Shown: positions 46,453 through 57,600 of the stretch, piece by piece | Layout: every line of letters begins with the position of its first letter | Position numbering within the stretch: position 1 is the first letter of the stretch | Source: a virus | DNA length: 64,000 nt | Strand: one strand, 5' to 3' | Virus record (IMG/VR): IMGVR_UViG_3300030110_005581 | The notes under the pieces: model-generated | What the model saw: only the letters and a program-made list of their open reading frames with translations | What the model was told of the DNA's origin: nothing | Database searches by the model: none | Program-made: the position numbers and the translations under genes

Positions 46453-49400
46453 TTAGTTGTTTTCTGGAGTTTTATCCTCGCACTCACCTTCTGGGGCTGG
46501 CAAGCTCTCTTTATCTTTATCTGGTTCTTGTGCCATAAGCTTTGCTATGATGCCCACAGGGGTCAGTGGACCAGGAAAGAACCATGGTGTTTTCCATGTT
46601 GGGTCTATTGTGTTAGCTGCTGCCTGAATAACTAACTCGAAGAACATCTTGGCTATTTCATTTGGTGCTGGTGAAGATATGCTCAGCTTTTCCTCTTGTG
46701 TTTCCGGTTCTGGTGTTACGTATGAGTAATCGTCCTCAATGGCCTTTAAAGACTCGACAATAAAAGAACCAACAAAGCCCTTGGTGGAGCTAAATAAATT
46801 TTCAAGCTCAGGGTACGAAGCAAGCATTCCATATCGATATATCATGGCTGTTGTAAATGATGTTTGTTTGATCGGCAACACTTCGTTAAGCAAATCAGAA
46901 TTTTTTAGATTATCCATCAACTTGTTTTGCATTTTGTAAATAATTTCTTCGCGCATTGGATTAGGCTTTGTTTCTGGATTGGTTTCTAGGCGGCTATGTG
47001 GGGCTAACATTGTGTTTAAAAGTTTGCAAGTCGCCCATAAGGTGGGTCGCACAGGGTCGTCTTTTGTCGAAGCGTCCATATAATATTGTTGAGGTTTTAA
47101 ACCATCGGCCATCAGTGACTCATCCATAGAAAGAGGGCAAAACAAATTGTTATATAAGTTGGCGTGGGTGTTTATAGCGGTGCCGCGGCTGTAATTGTAT
47201 TGAACCTGATTGGCAGCCAATCCAAGTTCTGAAATTTTAGACATTATCAAGCTCCATGGGTTTTCTTCGAATGGCGCTTTTGAGGAATCGCTAAACGTAA
47301 AGTGCGGTGCAGAAACACCAAAGGTTGGTGGAGATCCCGGTGGGTGCATTTTCTCGTGTACCTGCTCCCAGTAATCTCTGAGATCGTACTCTTCAAATTC
47401 AATTGGCAGGCAAAGCCAATTTATAGCAGTTGTAGAATCACCATCAGTCAATAAGAAAGTTTTGTCTTGAATATAGTCCTTATCAATTTTTGCCTCTAGA
47501 GTGACATCTCTTAGTTCAGATATAATGTTCTCCATGTAGCTAGAATCTACACCTTCGCCCTTATAAGGTACAATTAGGTTTAACCTCATACCCATCGATA
47601 TATCAAACCAATGATCAAAGGGCGCTTCCACTACAATTCTCTTCAGGTATTCACACATGCCGATCAAATTAAGTCCATTCTTTTTATAAAATTCATTAAT
47701 TTTTCCCTCACCTCCGTCCAAAGTGCCGGCGAATTCGTCAAAACCATGACGTATCATAAATTCAGCAATTTTTTCAAAAAACAACCTTTGAGATGGTAGT
47801 GGTGAAATATTCTCATTGTTTTCTTTTAGCGTCTCGTTCCATTCAGTGTTGAACTCCGGGTCGTTCGGGTCGGACAACACATCGTCCATGATAGCTTTAT
47901 TTCCACCTGGATTGACTTCTTTTGCAGCAGAAAAAATATCAATAAATGAAAAATTCCAATTTTTAAACGTTTGATCTGCCGTTTCAGAAAAATTGTGATA
48001 TCCTATTGAATCTAGACCCACAACCCCCCTATTGCGAAAATTAAGCTGAGCCGAGTGGGGTATGCCGTCCGGATATTGCTGCCAATGGTAGAAAGCATTA
48101 TAGAATGATTTATCACCATAAGCAGCTGCTTCCTTCTGGTAATCTGTGTCGGACGGGGCAGGAAAATAAGAACTAACAGTGCTTTGAAAAATTGATCTTA
48201 AATTATGAAAAGAACCATTCACTCCGGCGATTGCGTGTCCAAGTGAGACTTTCCATTGGTCACCTTCCTTGTCAACCGGGGAAAAGAAAGTTAAAAAGAA
48301 ATCCCAAAAAGTAGAAAGCTCTTCATCGCCATTGCCAAAAAGCAATCTTCCATGTTCTTCGTACTCTTTTTCAATCTTGCCAATGATTTTTCTTATAAAA
48401 TTGTGAATTGTTCTGATTGCTGGATAGTGTTTTCTATAATTAAACTGCCCATATGGTCGACTTTCCGTCGATGGGATTATATCTTTATACAAGGAATTGC
48501 CACCGAATTCAGTAAAGAAAGTTGCATCGATGGGATCTCCATCTTCAACGGGCGGTGGCCAACCCTTCAGCGCATCAAGCCCAAACCAATCAACCTTCTC
48601 TGGGACTTCACCCAGTTGAGTACCATCGTTGGCCACCCCTCCATATGCATTTACATCTTTAATATTTCTAAACATTGCAGTTTCCCATAAAGAAAAAGCT
48701 TGCTTAAATCTTTTCCAAAAATCTTGATAATAAACATCCGCAGCTTCAAGGCTGGTTGGCGGCTCGCTAGCTGTAGTTAGTTTAGACCTCATCCTTACGT
48801 AGGGCTCAAAAAATAAGCCACCCTCCCTCTCGGATGGAAAAGGCTTAGGTGATTGACTATATATGGAGTAGTCCTCGAAGTTCACTAGAGACGGATCAGG
48901 CATCTGACGAAATAGGGGCATCTTATTGACCTCCAGCTCTCCATTTTCTGTTTCCTGGCGGGTTGGGAACCTGCTCCCCTGCATTATTTCACGGTGGATA
49001 GAGTATTTGAAAAAGTCATTCTTAAAATAGTCCGCATCATCCAGTTTTGTGAATTGATCTTTCCAGGCCGGATTTGCAAATTTACGGACTCGTTCATCCA
49101 TCAATTTATCAACTTCAAGCGCAGTTTCAACAATAATCATGTCTAAGCTTTCTTCGCGCGTTTTAACTCTAGTTTGTTCCGCCTTTTGTGCTTTTGTTAG
49201 GGGGGAACCATCTTCGTTTGTCATTGAATCGACATCAACATCCGCAAGGCGCGCCTTGACAACTTTTTGTGAATAATCTAAAAGATTTTCATATCCACTT
49301 GAAAGCGAACTTTCTACTGAAGATCTAATCGCAGATTTTATAATCGACATATAAGCTTCATCTTCAATAATGTCAGAAATTTTTGCAAAAGAGAACATAA

Positions 49401-52400
49401 AGATATTCTTAAGATATTCCTCTGCAATACAAACTTTTATAAGCATCTTATATAGACCAAACATGTTTGCGATTTGGATCGCATCTGGAGTATCGAACAT
49501 GCTAACCATGCATTCTAAACTTTTTCTAACCTCCTCCACGTCCGCTTTTGTTTTTTCTGGGTCTAACAGTGGTGTAGGGTTTGTTTCTAAGCATTTGGAT
49601 TGTGCCTCTTCATTTGTGAGAGGTAGCGCATTAAAATTCTTTGCTTTAAAGAGATCTGTCTGAGAGGCGTTATCCCACACAGTCTCCAACATTAAGTTGG
49701 CTGCCAAGGGGAAAATGCCTTTAAAGATCAACGAGGGAGTATTGTCAGCGATCTGAGTGGCCGCCATCATCGCGGTCACCACCGTGCCCTTTGGTATATC
49801 GGGATTAAAAAGAAAATAATCAAAAAGTTCCTTCTGAAAATCGTCTAAATCGAATTTGTCAGCTTCCATTGCAATTTGCCCGGCAGGAGGATATTCATAT
49901 TCCTTCACTCCACCATTATAAGATATGATTTTAATTTGTGGCGAAGGAATGCTCATGCCTTTGTGAACAATGTCAGTGCCAGAAAAATTAAAAACCATGT
50001 CCAAAGAATAGCTTGTTCCTGGCAAAACATACTCAAAAGAGCCTATTGCATTTACTGGGTCATAAAAAATCAACTGCTCGTTTTGAGTGTTTGATGCGAC
50101 AATATCAGAAATTAAACCCCGAAACTTCTTAGCAACTAATTTATTGTTTTCACCGTCTGTGTCTGCGCTATAACTCTCTTGAGAATTGTTTAACATACCA
50201 GTGACTGCCTTCATGTATGCTAATGAAGGGTCGGCAGCTGTAGAGTCGTTGCCGGCCGCAGACTTAATGCTGTTTAAGAGAGCAGTCATCATGTTAGGGT
50301 TAAAGGTTTCTTTTATGAGTGGTTTGTATGCTGCCAAGGTATTATTGAAACTGTCATCAATTGCTTTGTAGGTTTTATCAACTAGGCGCTCTTGCATAAA
50401 AAGTTGTGTTTCGTGAGTTTGGCTTGGCATTAAGGGTTTCATGCCAATTTGATCTGGCGCACAAGGTCCGCAGAAAAGTGGCGGATAGAGGCTCTTCATC
50501 ATATTTGGGTCAATAAATGGCAACATGCTGGTTGCGTCTTCGAGTGCCTGCTGCTGGTCCCCTTCTGCAATTGCTAAAATATCTTCAGGCCATATAGATT
50601 TTTCCAATTCATCGACATTTGTTGGATCACAGAGACCCACTAGTGCCTCTTGAAAAGCATTATATTCATCTATTGCGTCATCATATATATCGCTATCAAT
50701 AAGAGAACCAAGATCTAGCAGGAAAGCTTGGGCCTGGTCAGGTGAAATAAAACCAGGAGGGAAAGGTAAAATTGTAGTGTTCCCGGTTTCAGGATCTTCT
50801 TTCTCATATGTTTGGTTTTCTTTGTTGGGGTCGTAACCAGTTTGCGCCGCAATCGCAGCCAATGAAAGGCCAGGAAAATTCATTTGAAGCGCCGCGATTG
50901 TTCCCTCATCCATAAAGGCCAATGCAGCATCCTCATAACTTCCCTCAAAAGAATCATCTCCGCATTCTGTTGTAAAAAGCCTCTTTAATTCACTAGGGGA
51001 AAATACATCTCCAAGCTTTTCAAACCCATCATACAAAGTTTGAACATCCTGATTGAAGAAGTGCTTAGCCTTCAAGTCCCCAAATTTATCCCAAAGCTCA
51101 TTGTCTCCAGAATCTTTATATATGCTAGAATTTAATATCCAATCCCTTGGGCTAGTAAGCCCAAATGGAGAACCCGTACCATTGCATAAATCTTGAGTCA
51201 AACCACCGTTAAACTGCTCTTTAACGTATTTTAAGACGACCATGGCAGTCGCATAGATTATGCTCATTGCCATGTCTTTGAGGCCCCTCGCAAAGGATTT
51301 CCTGAAGCTTTCTAGTTTGTCTGTGGATTTAAGATAATTTTTGATTGGATCTACAAATCTGTCAATTGCCAAAGTTCCATTTTGGTCATTATCGTATAAT
51401 TTATCTTTTGCTGCAGTTGTCATGCCATCAATGCTTTGATCAGTTAGCTCTTCCACATATTCTAGCATTTTTGTGACAGGGCCATATGAAGCCAATATAC
51501 AATCACATATTGCATCGCCGGCGACTTCTTCAGCCCAGTCTAGCATTTCTTGATTAAAATCTCCAGGAGATCTTCCCAACTTCTTTTGCATGTATGGGTC
51601 GGAACAATACAGTGGTATTAACTGAACCATGATCTGAGTCTCAGTCCATGGCTCTGAAGGGTCTGGTGGAAATCTTTCAGGATATCTAGTGCTGGCGATT
51701 TTATATACATCTCCAACGCGGCCCGTAATTTTTTCTTCTAGCTTTGCAATGGCCAAATCACCGTTTGGCACATTTCTTAAACAAGGATAAAGCTGTTGAC
51801 GTATTTCTGATATGGGCACTGTCTTTAAGATTGTTTGGCACATGTGCCTTTTCATGGCGCTGTTTTTAGCACACTTGAAAATAAGAGCAGACGCCATCTT
51901 GATTAATTCCGCTATAGGTATACGATTCAGCAATTTATCAAAAAGCTCCGACATGGACTTAATTTCTCCAAACACAGCCTTTAATAAGTTTTCATCACCA
52001 GAATACATATTGGTGACATTCGAAGTGCCGGCAATTAAGTTCTTTATATCCGGAGACATTAAATTTGTAGGATCTTTTATGTACTTTCCTGTAAATAAGA
52101 GATCTTTAAAAATGGGATTTTTTAATTGAAGTGGGTCAACCAAAGACTCTAATGTTGGCTTTGCCTCTCCATTGTAATTTGTTTCAGGCGTAGGATATAC
52201 ATACGTATTGATAAAATCAAGCCAAGATTGGTGCATTGAAAACAGATCTGTGCTATAGTTTCCGCCCGATTTTAAGTATTTTCCATATCTCCTGTTGATC
52301 TCAGGCAACATATGTAAGAAGTTATTAATTCTTGGCACCGAAAAAGGTCCAGAGCCTCTAATTGAGTTTAAGCCTTCTTTTAAAATGTAGGGTGTAATAT

Positions 52401-53547
52401 CGGCACCTTCCTCACACAAGCAATCCGCCACCTCACTAAAAGATACATATTGTAAAACATATTCTTCAGTGAACCCAAACTGAATTGCACCAAGGGGGGT
52501 ATTCTCTTTTATGTCTTTTAGGCTTGGGAGGGAGTTTGCGCGGAAAAGGCCATTGATAACCCCATAAATTTCTTTTACAGAATTTGCTGAACATTTTGCA
52601 TTGAAGCTAGTTTCGAAGCCCTCTTCTGCAAATGCAATATTCATTTGGGCATCAAAGTGAAAAAGTATTTTTTGTAAATTTTTCAGGTACTGATCGAAAT
52701 CTTTAACTAAAACTAAAACTTCTCTACTGACCTTGGACATGTCTACTTTGTTGCTTTTTTGAGGAAGTGAGTCAACCCAACCTCTGTCAAACATAATTTT
52801 AACCCACAAAGTCTGGTATTCTGGCCTTCGAGGGATAATATGCCAAGCCTGTGCTGTGGGGACTTCTTTTTGGGCGCCAGTTGTAACATCTCGACCTCGA
52901 TCAACTATTTTATTTTGCGGCATAAAACCAAAGTTGTGAGCTAAATCTACAATCTTGTCTTTTCGTATTTCTTTATCTAAATCTTTTTCCAATTTGCCCA
53001 AGGCCCATAGTTTACATTTATTTACAAACTCTGGATCGCCTAACAGGCCTCTTCCGCTGCCTTTTCCCTTGGGGGCTGGGTGTCCAACCTCTATCTTGCC
53101 AGAAGCGTCAACATAATCAGCCAAATTGGGGTTTTTGAGCATATTCTCGAATACAAGAGGTACTATATAGTATTGTTTACGAGGGTCTGAAGAAAGGTGA
53201 GTTTTCTTTCTCTGCCACCAAGCCTGGGTATTTCCTATATTTTTTTGCTCATAATTTCTGTTTATTTCATCGCCATAACTGACGGAAGGCCCAATACCAT
53301 AGCCCTTCTTGATTACACTTAATTTGTAAGCCCAACTGTAATTTTCATCCGGATCAAACATATCTGGATCATTCATTTTACTTTGTATGATAGACTTAAA
53401 TTCTTCTAACGTAGGCGAATAGCCGCTATGAACTTTTTTTCCATTTTGAATAGAAAAAGTTTTTTCAACTGCGCCCTTCTCTGGTTCTTTGAGGAGGCGA
53501 TCATATAATTTTTCTATCTGTGTGTCTTGTGTTGTCTTGCTAGCCAT
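46453..53547 (-). CDS. Giant hypothetical protein, 2364 aa, baseplate/tail block
   Basis: Uninterrupted ORF between the spike-like and gp25-like genes; appears largely helical. No family recognised. Confidence 0.7.
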   Translation of the reverse strand: MASKTTQDTQIEKLYDRLLKEPEKGAVEKTFSIQNGKKVHSGYSPTLEEFKSIIQSKMNDPDMFDPDENYSWAYKLSVIKKGYGIGPSVSYGDEINRNYEQKNIGNTQAWWQRKKTHLSSDPRKQYYIVPLVFENMLKNPNLADYVDASGKIEVGHPAPKGKGSGRGLLGDPEFVNKCKLWALGKLEKDLDKEIRKDKIVDLAHNFGFMPQNKIVDRGRDVTTGAQKEVPTAQAWHIIPRRPEYQTLWVKIMFDRGWVDSLPQKSNKVDMSKVSREVLVLVKDFDQYLKNLQKILFHFDAQMNIAFAEEGFETSFNAKCSANSVKEIYGVINGLFRANSLPSLKDIKENTPLGAIQFGFTEEYVLQYVSFSEVADCLCEEGADITPYILKEGLNSIRGSGPFSVPRINNFLHMLPEINRRYGKYLKSGGNYSTDLFSMHQSWLDFINTYVYPTPETNYNGEAKPTLESLVDPLQLKNPIFKDLLFTGKYIKDPTNLMSPDIKNLIAGTSNVTNMYSGDENLLKAVFGEIKSMSELFDKLLNRIPIAELIKMASALIFKCAKNSAMKRHMCQTILKTVPISEIRQQLYPCLRNVPNGDLAIAKLEEKITGRVGDVYKIASTRYPERFPPDPSEPWTETQIMVQLIPLYCSDPYMQKKLGRSPGDFNQEMLDWAEEVAGDAICDCILASYGPVTKMLEYVEELTDQSIDGMTTAAKDKLYDNDQNGTLAIDRFVDPIKNYLKSTDKLESFRKSFARGLKDMAMSIIYATAMVVLKYVKEQFNGGLTQDLCNGTGSPFGLTSPRDWILNSSIYKDSGDNELWDKFGDLKAKHFFNQDVQTLYDGFEKLGDVFSPSELKRLFTTECGDDSFEGSYEDAALAFMDEGTIAALQMNFPGLSLAAIAAQTGYDPNKENQTYEKEDPETGNTTILPFPPGFISPDQAQAFLLDLGSLIDSDIYDDAIDEYNAFQEALVGLCDPTNVDELEKSIWPEDILAIAEGDQQQALEDATSMLPFIDPNMMKSLYPPLFCGPCAPDQIGMKPLMPSQTHETQLFMQERLVDKTYKAIDDSFNNTLAAYKPLIKETFNPNMMTALLNSIKSAAGNDSTAADPSLAYMKAVTGMLNNSQESYSADTDGENNKLVAKKFRGLISDIVASNTQNEQLIFYDPVNAIGSFEYVLPGTSYSLDMVFNFSGTDIVHKGMSIPSPQIKIISYNGGVKEYEYPPAGQIAMEADKFDLDDFQKELFDYFLFNPDIPKGTVVTAMMAATQIADNTPSLIFKGIFPLAANLMLETVWDNASQTDLFKAKNFNALPLTNEEAQSKCLETNPTPLLDPEKTKADVEEVRKSLECMVSMFDTPDAIQIANMFGLYKMLIKVCIAEEYLKNIFMFSFAKISDIIEDEAYMSIIKSAIRSSVESSLSSGYENLLDYSQKVVKARLADVDVDSMTNEDGSPLTKAQKAEQTRVKTREESLDMIIVETALEVDKLMDERVRKFANPAWKDQFTKLDDADYFKNDFFKYSIHREIMQGSRFPTRQETENGELEVNKMPLFRQMPDPSLVNFEDYSIYSQSPKPFPSEREGGLFFEPYVRMRSKLTTASEPPTSLEAADVYYQDFWKRFKQAFSLWETAMFRNIKDVNAYGGVANDGTQLGEVPEKVDWFGLDALKGWPPPVEDGDPIDATFFTEFGGNSLYKDIIPSTESRPYGQFNYRKHYPAIRTIHNFIRKIIGKIEKEYEEHGRLLFGNGDEELSTFWDFFLTFFSPVDKEGDQWKVSLGHAIAGVNGSFHNLRSIFQSTVSSYFPAPSDTDYQKEAAAYGDKSFYNAFYHWQQYPDGIPHSAQLNFRNRGVVGLDSIGYHNFSETADQTFKNWNFSFIDIFSAAKEVNPGGNKAIMDDVLSDPNDPEFNTEWNETLKENNENISPLPSQRLFFEKIAEFMIRHGFDEFAGTLDGGEGKINEFYKKNGLNLIGMCEYLKRIVVEAPFDHWFDISMGMRLNLIVPYKGEGVDSSYMENIISELRDVTLEAKIDKDYIQDKTFLLTDGDSTTAINWLCLPIEFEEYDLRDYWEQVHEKMHPPGSPPTFGVSAPHFTFSDSSKAPFEENPWSLIMSKISELGLAANQVQYNYSRGTAINTHANLYNNLFCPLSMDESLMADGLKPQQYYMDASTKDDPVRPTLWATCKLLNTMLAPHSRLETNPETKPNPMREEIIYKMQNKLMDNLKNSDLLNEVLPIKQTSFTTAMIYRYGMLASYPELENLFSSTKGFVGSFIVESLKAIEDDYSYVTPEPETQEEKLSISSPAPNEIAKMFFELVIQAAANTIDPTWKTPWFFPGPLTPVGIIAKLMAQEPDKDKESLPAPEGECEDKTPENN

Positions 53548-53569
53548 TTTAATCTCTTTTTCGTTACCT

Positions 53570-53576
53570 TAATTAG
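53570..53576 (-). promoter_or_regulatory. Candidate late promoter CTAATTA
   Basis: 23 nt upstream of the ATG at 53547; overlaps the TAA of the upstream gene. Confidence 0.45.
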
Positions 53577-54580
53577 GTTGTAAATACTTGTCCGCTATTA
53601 ATATAATCATTGCTAAATTGTTCTAATCTTTGCACTTTGACGCCGGCGCCTCTCATAGAATGTAACATCAAGCTCTTCTTACACTTAAGGGCCTTTGTAA
53701 TCGCTGTAAATCCAGCCGTCAAACAATCAAAAGAAGGCAATGTTTCGCCGCCGGCTAGAGCTGTTGGATTTCCGCTGGCCAAAGTTCCAATAGCCATTGA
53801 CGTAGGTGACGGGTGTTTGTGTTCCATAAGTACAGCGTTGAAATTATGCTGAAACATTAAAAAATTATCAACAATGCTGCTAAGTTCATTGATGGTATCA
53901 ACAATATCATTTAATGCTTCTAGTAAATTTTCTCCCTTTGGGATTGGTTGTAGCTTTTTTTCATGCAGCTCAGATGCGGTACCTGCAATTAAATTAATGC
54001 GGCCCGGAGAGCTAATTGGTTTTCCAAAAGAATTTTTAATATCTATTCCGCTGCATATCTTAATGCTTTCTCGACCAATAATTCGCACATGGTCAGCTTT
54101 TACGACTCCGGCCGACTTACCCAAAACGTTTCCTATGTTGCCATCAGGAACTGCAAACATATCATCTACGTCGCATTTAGCAGAAACATAAAACCTTGCA
54201 GCATCTCGTTTTGCGTTCGGGTTAACTGGCTCTTCAGGTATATCCCCTGCTGCAGTTCCATGAGAATTTAAACCAGCATATATGTCCACTGCAGAGGCAC
54301 CAAATGCGCCCACACCACCATAGCCGGCGCCGTATTGAAAAGGCTTGCGGGTAGTCGGATCTGTTTTTTCATTCATTCTATCAGGCCCAATTCGAATGCC
54401 TGAGCCGTATGATCCCTCTACATGATCCTCTCCTTTCGGGTATCTTTTTATTTGTGAAACTAAATGAGGATTTGGATCCCCATCTATGCCACTATAAAAT
54501 ATACCATCATCCCTGTCTAAATTTAAGCCTGTTTTGTCTAAAAGTAAATCTTTATTTCTAAGTGGTAAGTTTAAGTCCAT
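53573..54580 (-). CDS. Baseplate central spike-like protein (gp5-C/gpV-like)
   Basis: AGGAG SD. Short beta-repeat segment KADHVRIIGRESIKI and a late H-x-H (EHKHP) as in metal-capped spike tips; adjacent to the hub-like gene. Confidence 0.55.
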   Translation of the reverse strand: MDLNLPLRNKDLLLDKTGLNLDRDDGIFYSGIDGDPNPHLVSQIKRYPKGEDHVEGSYGSGIRIGPDRMNEKTDPTTRKPFQYGAGYGGVGAFGASAVDIYAGLNSHGTAAGDIPEEPVNPNAKRDAARFYVSAKCDVDDMFAVPDGNIGNVLGKSAGVVKADHVRIIGRESIKICSGIDIKNSFGKPISSPGRINLIAGTASELHEKKLQPIPKGENLLEALNDIVDTINELSSIVDNFLMFQHNFNAVLMEHKHPSPTSMAIGTLASGNPTALAGGETLPSFDCLTAGFTAITKALKCKKSLMLHSMRGAGVKVQRLEQFSNDYINSGQVFTT

Positions 54581-54632
54581 ATTTCCATTCTCCTAATAAA
54601 CTCTCATAAGTTGCACATCCATAGTCTTTAGT

Positions 54633-57600
54633 CTATTCTTTAGACTCGCCAGGTTTCCACCCTTTTTTCGGTTTAGTTTTTGATAAATCATAACCACTTC
54701 CATCCGCCTTGACCCATGCCTGCCAAATTCGCGGCGATTTTGAATGCGGACCAGTATAGTCGCATTTCTTTTTCTTAAGATTTGCCAGCGCTTTTTTGAA
54801 GCCGGCGCGCGCTGTTTGGTTTTTCTTTGCGACCCTTACGTGATAATGATTTTCATGATTTTTTGCCATTGGGAACATATTGTATATAGCTCTTCCTATG
54901 GGCCCTTTTAGGCCCTCATCTTCTAATTGTTTAAAGATTTGCCTAAATGCTGGGTCGGGCTCTTTCATCCATATTTTAGGATTGTCATAATCTTGAGTTT
55001 GGATTTGTTTTATGCGGACCTTAAGCCACTTCCTAAAAGAAGACCCGGGAAGCTTTCGTGCGTATCCATCTCTTTGTCCAAAAAGAATTTTGCTTTTTTT
55101 AAACTTGCCCCCCATTGCAAGAGTTAACAAGCCCATAACAATTGTCTTGTCATAGTCAACAACAAGACCATTATACTTTGCGGCTTTCTTGGGACTTTCA
55201 AAAAGTTGCAGGTGGCCCCCTTTTGTTGTTGTTCCTCGGCCGCTGAGTACCCTGTAGTTGTTCTTTGCATTGGAGTCTGCTGTGGAATATTTATACCATG
55301 TCGGTAAATTTAAATCAAAATCAGCTCCCTCTCTATGGGAAACATGACCCCTAACCATGTCAATAGCATTTGCCCATTCTGGAGAAACATCATGTATGAT
55401 CCATTGTATGCCACTTCTACCATCTTTCATAGTGGCATATGCGTAGCCATATTTACTAGGCTTCTCTGCTTTACCCCAAATTGGATTTTCTAAAACTTTA
55501 TCGATCCACGTAGCAACCTGATTGTTGCCCCATTGATAGCCTCTATTCCAAGAACTTTGCGCTGTATATCTTTTGTTCTTGACGTGCGCTTTTATATCAA
55601 GAAGCCCAAGTGGGTTTTTTCCACATTCGACGGTACCAGGGGGCACAAGTTTTGCATTTCTTGTTTTTTTACCCTTTGCACTATCTTTACATTGTTTCTC
55701 GCATGCTTTAAGCCGTCTTGGCTTGTTAGTCTTAGCTCTTTGGTTTTTCTTTCTTCCTTTCTTGCATTTTACATTAGGATCTTTTAGCCCGTCTTTGTCT
55801 GGCAGCTTTTCACCTTTATGGTTGTATGCATTTCCTTCCTCATCATACGCAACGGGAACTTTTGCTGGACTGACTGCAATCACCTTTGCTTTCAGTGGGA
55901 ACTCGCCCTCTTTTATGCCGGGAGAAGCTTTTGCTAAAAGTGACTTCGTTTTGAAGTAACTATCGAGAGGCTTGGTAGCGCCGCCTCCTGTGTTTAAATT
56001 TAAAAATATTCCCTGAAACTTAGTCTTTGCACCGTTAAGGAGCGTAGTCTCTTTGCATCCATTAAATTTTTTACCTCCAACAAATTTAGGCTCACCGCAA
56101 CCGTCCTTTTCAAGGAGCTTCGAAACGCCCGAATCTGTAACAGTTTCCTTATCCGTACTTCTGCTAGTATAAATATGAAATTCAAAATCTTTTCCAGGAT
56201 TCCAACTGCCCTTATTAGCACCGTAAACCGTGCCAAGGATTGAGTTGACACCACTCGCATAAGATGCGTTCAACATATCTATTCTTTTAAGCTTTGTGCT
56301 TCCAACTGTTGGACTATTCATTTTTTTCATAAGACCAGCTAAAGAAGTATATCCTTGCTTAAAGGCCTTGATGTTTACAAATTGAGGATCTGCAGTTGCG
56401 CCGAGGCCTTTTTTGGAATCCTTTTCTTTTATTATTCCAAGCACTTCATTGTGAAAATTAACAAATGAGCTTTCATTATTACCAAAAGTGGCGTCTTCAA
56501 TGTTTGTTTTATCAGCAACGTTTAGCTGGGTTGTTACATATACAATATTTCTTCCCTGCTGGTCGACCATATTGTGAAGTTGGTTTTGAATAGCCTTCCT
56601 AAAGCCATGCCCAGTCCACAAAGTAGGCAAAGGGCCGTTCCCGCTCGCACCATGAAGAAAATATATCAACTCATAAGGCTTTGACAAATCTACCCCTTGC
56701 GGTGCAACAATTGCTGTTTTACCTTTGAGTGCTTTTGTTTCTGCTGAATTATAGAGCATTGTACGCCCTTTGAAATCCTCAAATCGAGACTCATCAGACT
56801 TAACGATGTCTCCGCTCTTATCTGCAACTTTTATAACTTTTCCAGGAGTTTTCCCCACTTCAGTTGCGGCTGCAGCGGTTGGGGTGTTCGGCTCCTCAAG
56901 CCACGAAACCCAATCGAATTTTACAGAAGATTCAACACCTCTAAAAATAAAATTAACCCAGCGGCCGGAGAGTCTTAATGTTTTTGAGCTATTACCATTG
57001 ATGAAGCTTTCTCCATTTTTTGTTTTCTCCTCTAAGGTTTGAGTAAACATATCCTCATCTTCGGGCTTGATATCGGGGCCGACTGTCTGGCCTGATTTTT
57101 TATATTTTAAAGCATTGGCATAAAATATTTGCAGCTCGTTCCTTGCATATATTAATGGATTCTTTTCTTTCGCTGGTGGGACTCCATTCCACTTGGATGT
57201 CATCGCAGACGTCTGTCCTATGTAAGCAGCTACAGCTTTTTTAGTAATCGCTGGTGCGTCTTTTGATAAATGAAATTCAACTTCTACCTTGTTGGGGTCT
57301 ACCGCAATTATAATATCCTTAATATCATTATCATGATACCTGTTGGTATCAGTTGAGCTATAATCTCCATTCCATAGCTTGATACTTTTTAGGTTTTTAC
57401 CAAACTTTTCTAAAAGCTTCATTCTAGCTAAGTTAGAAATCGCAATGGAGCCGCGGCGGTCACCAACAAGTGTTATGTGCTTAAGCATCTTTTTATCAAC
57501 ACTGAGCTTCTCACTTAATACTTTCTCTATATTACCAATAAATTTAGAAATATTTCCATACACATTTTTTTCGCCGGCGCTGTTTATTTCAGCAAACAAT

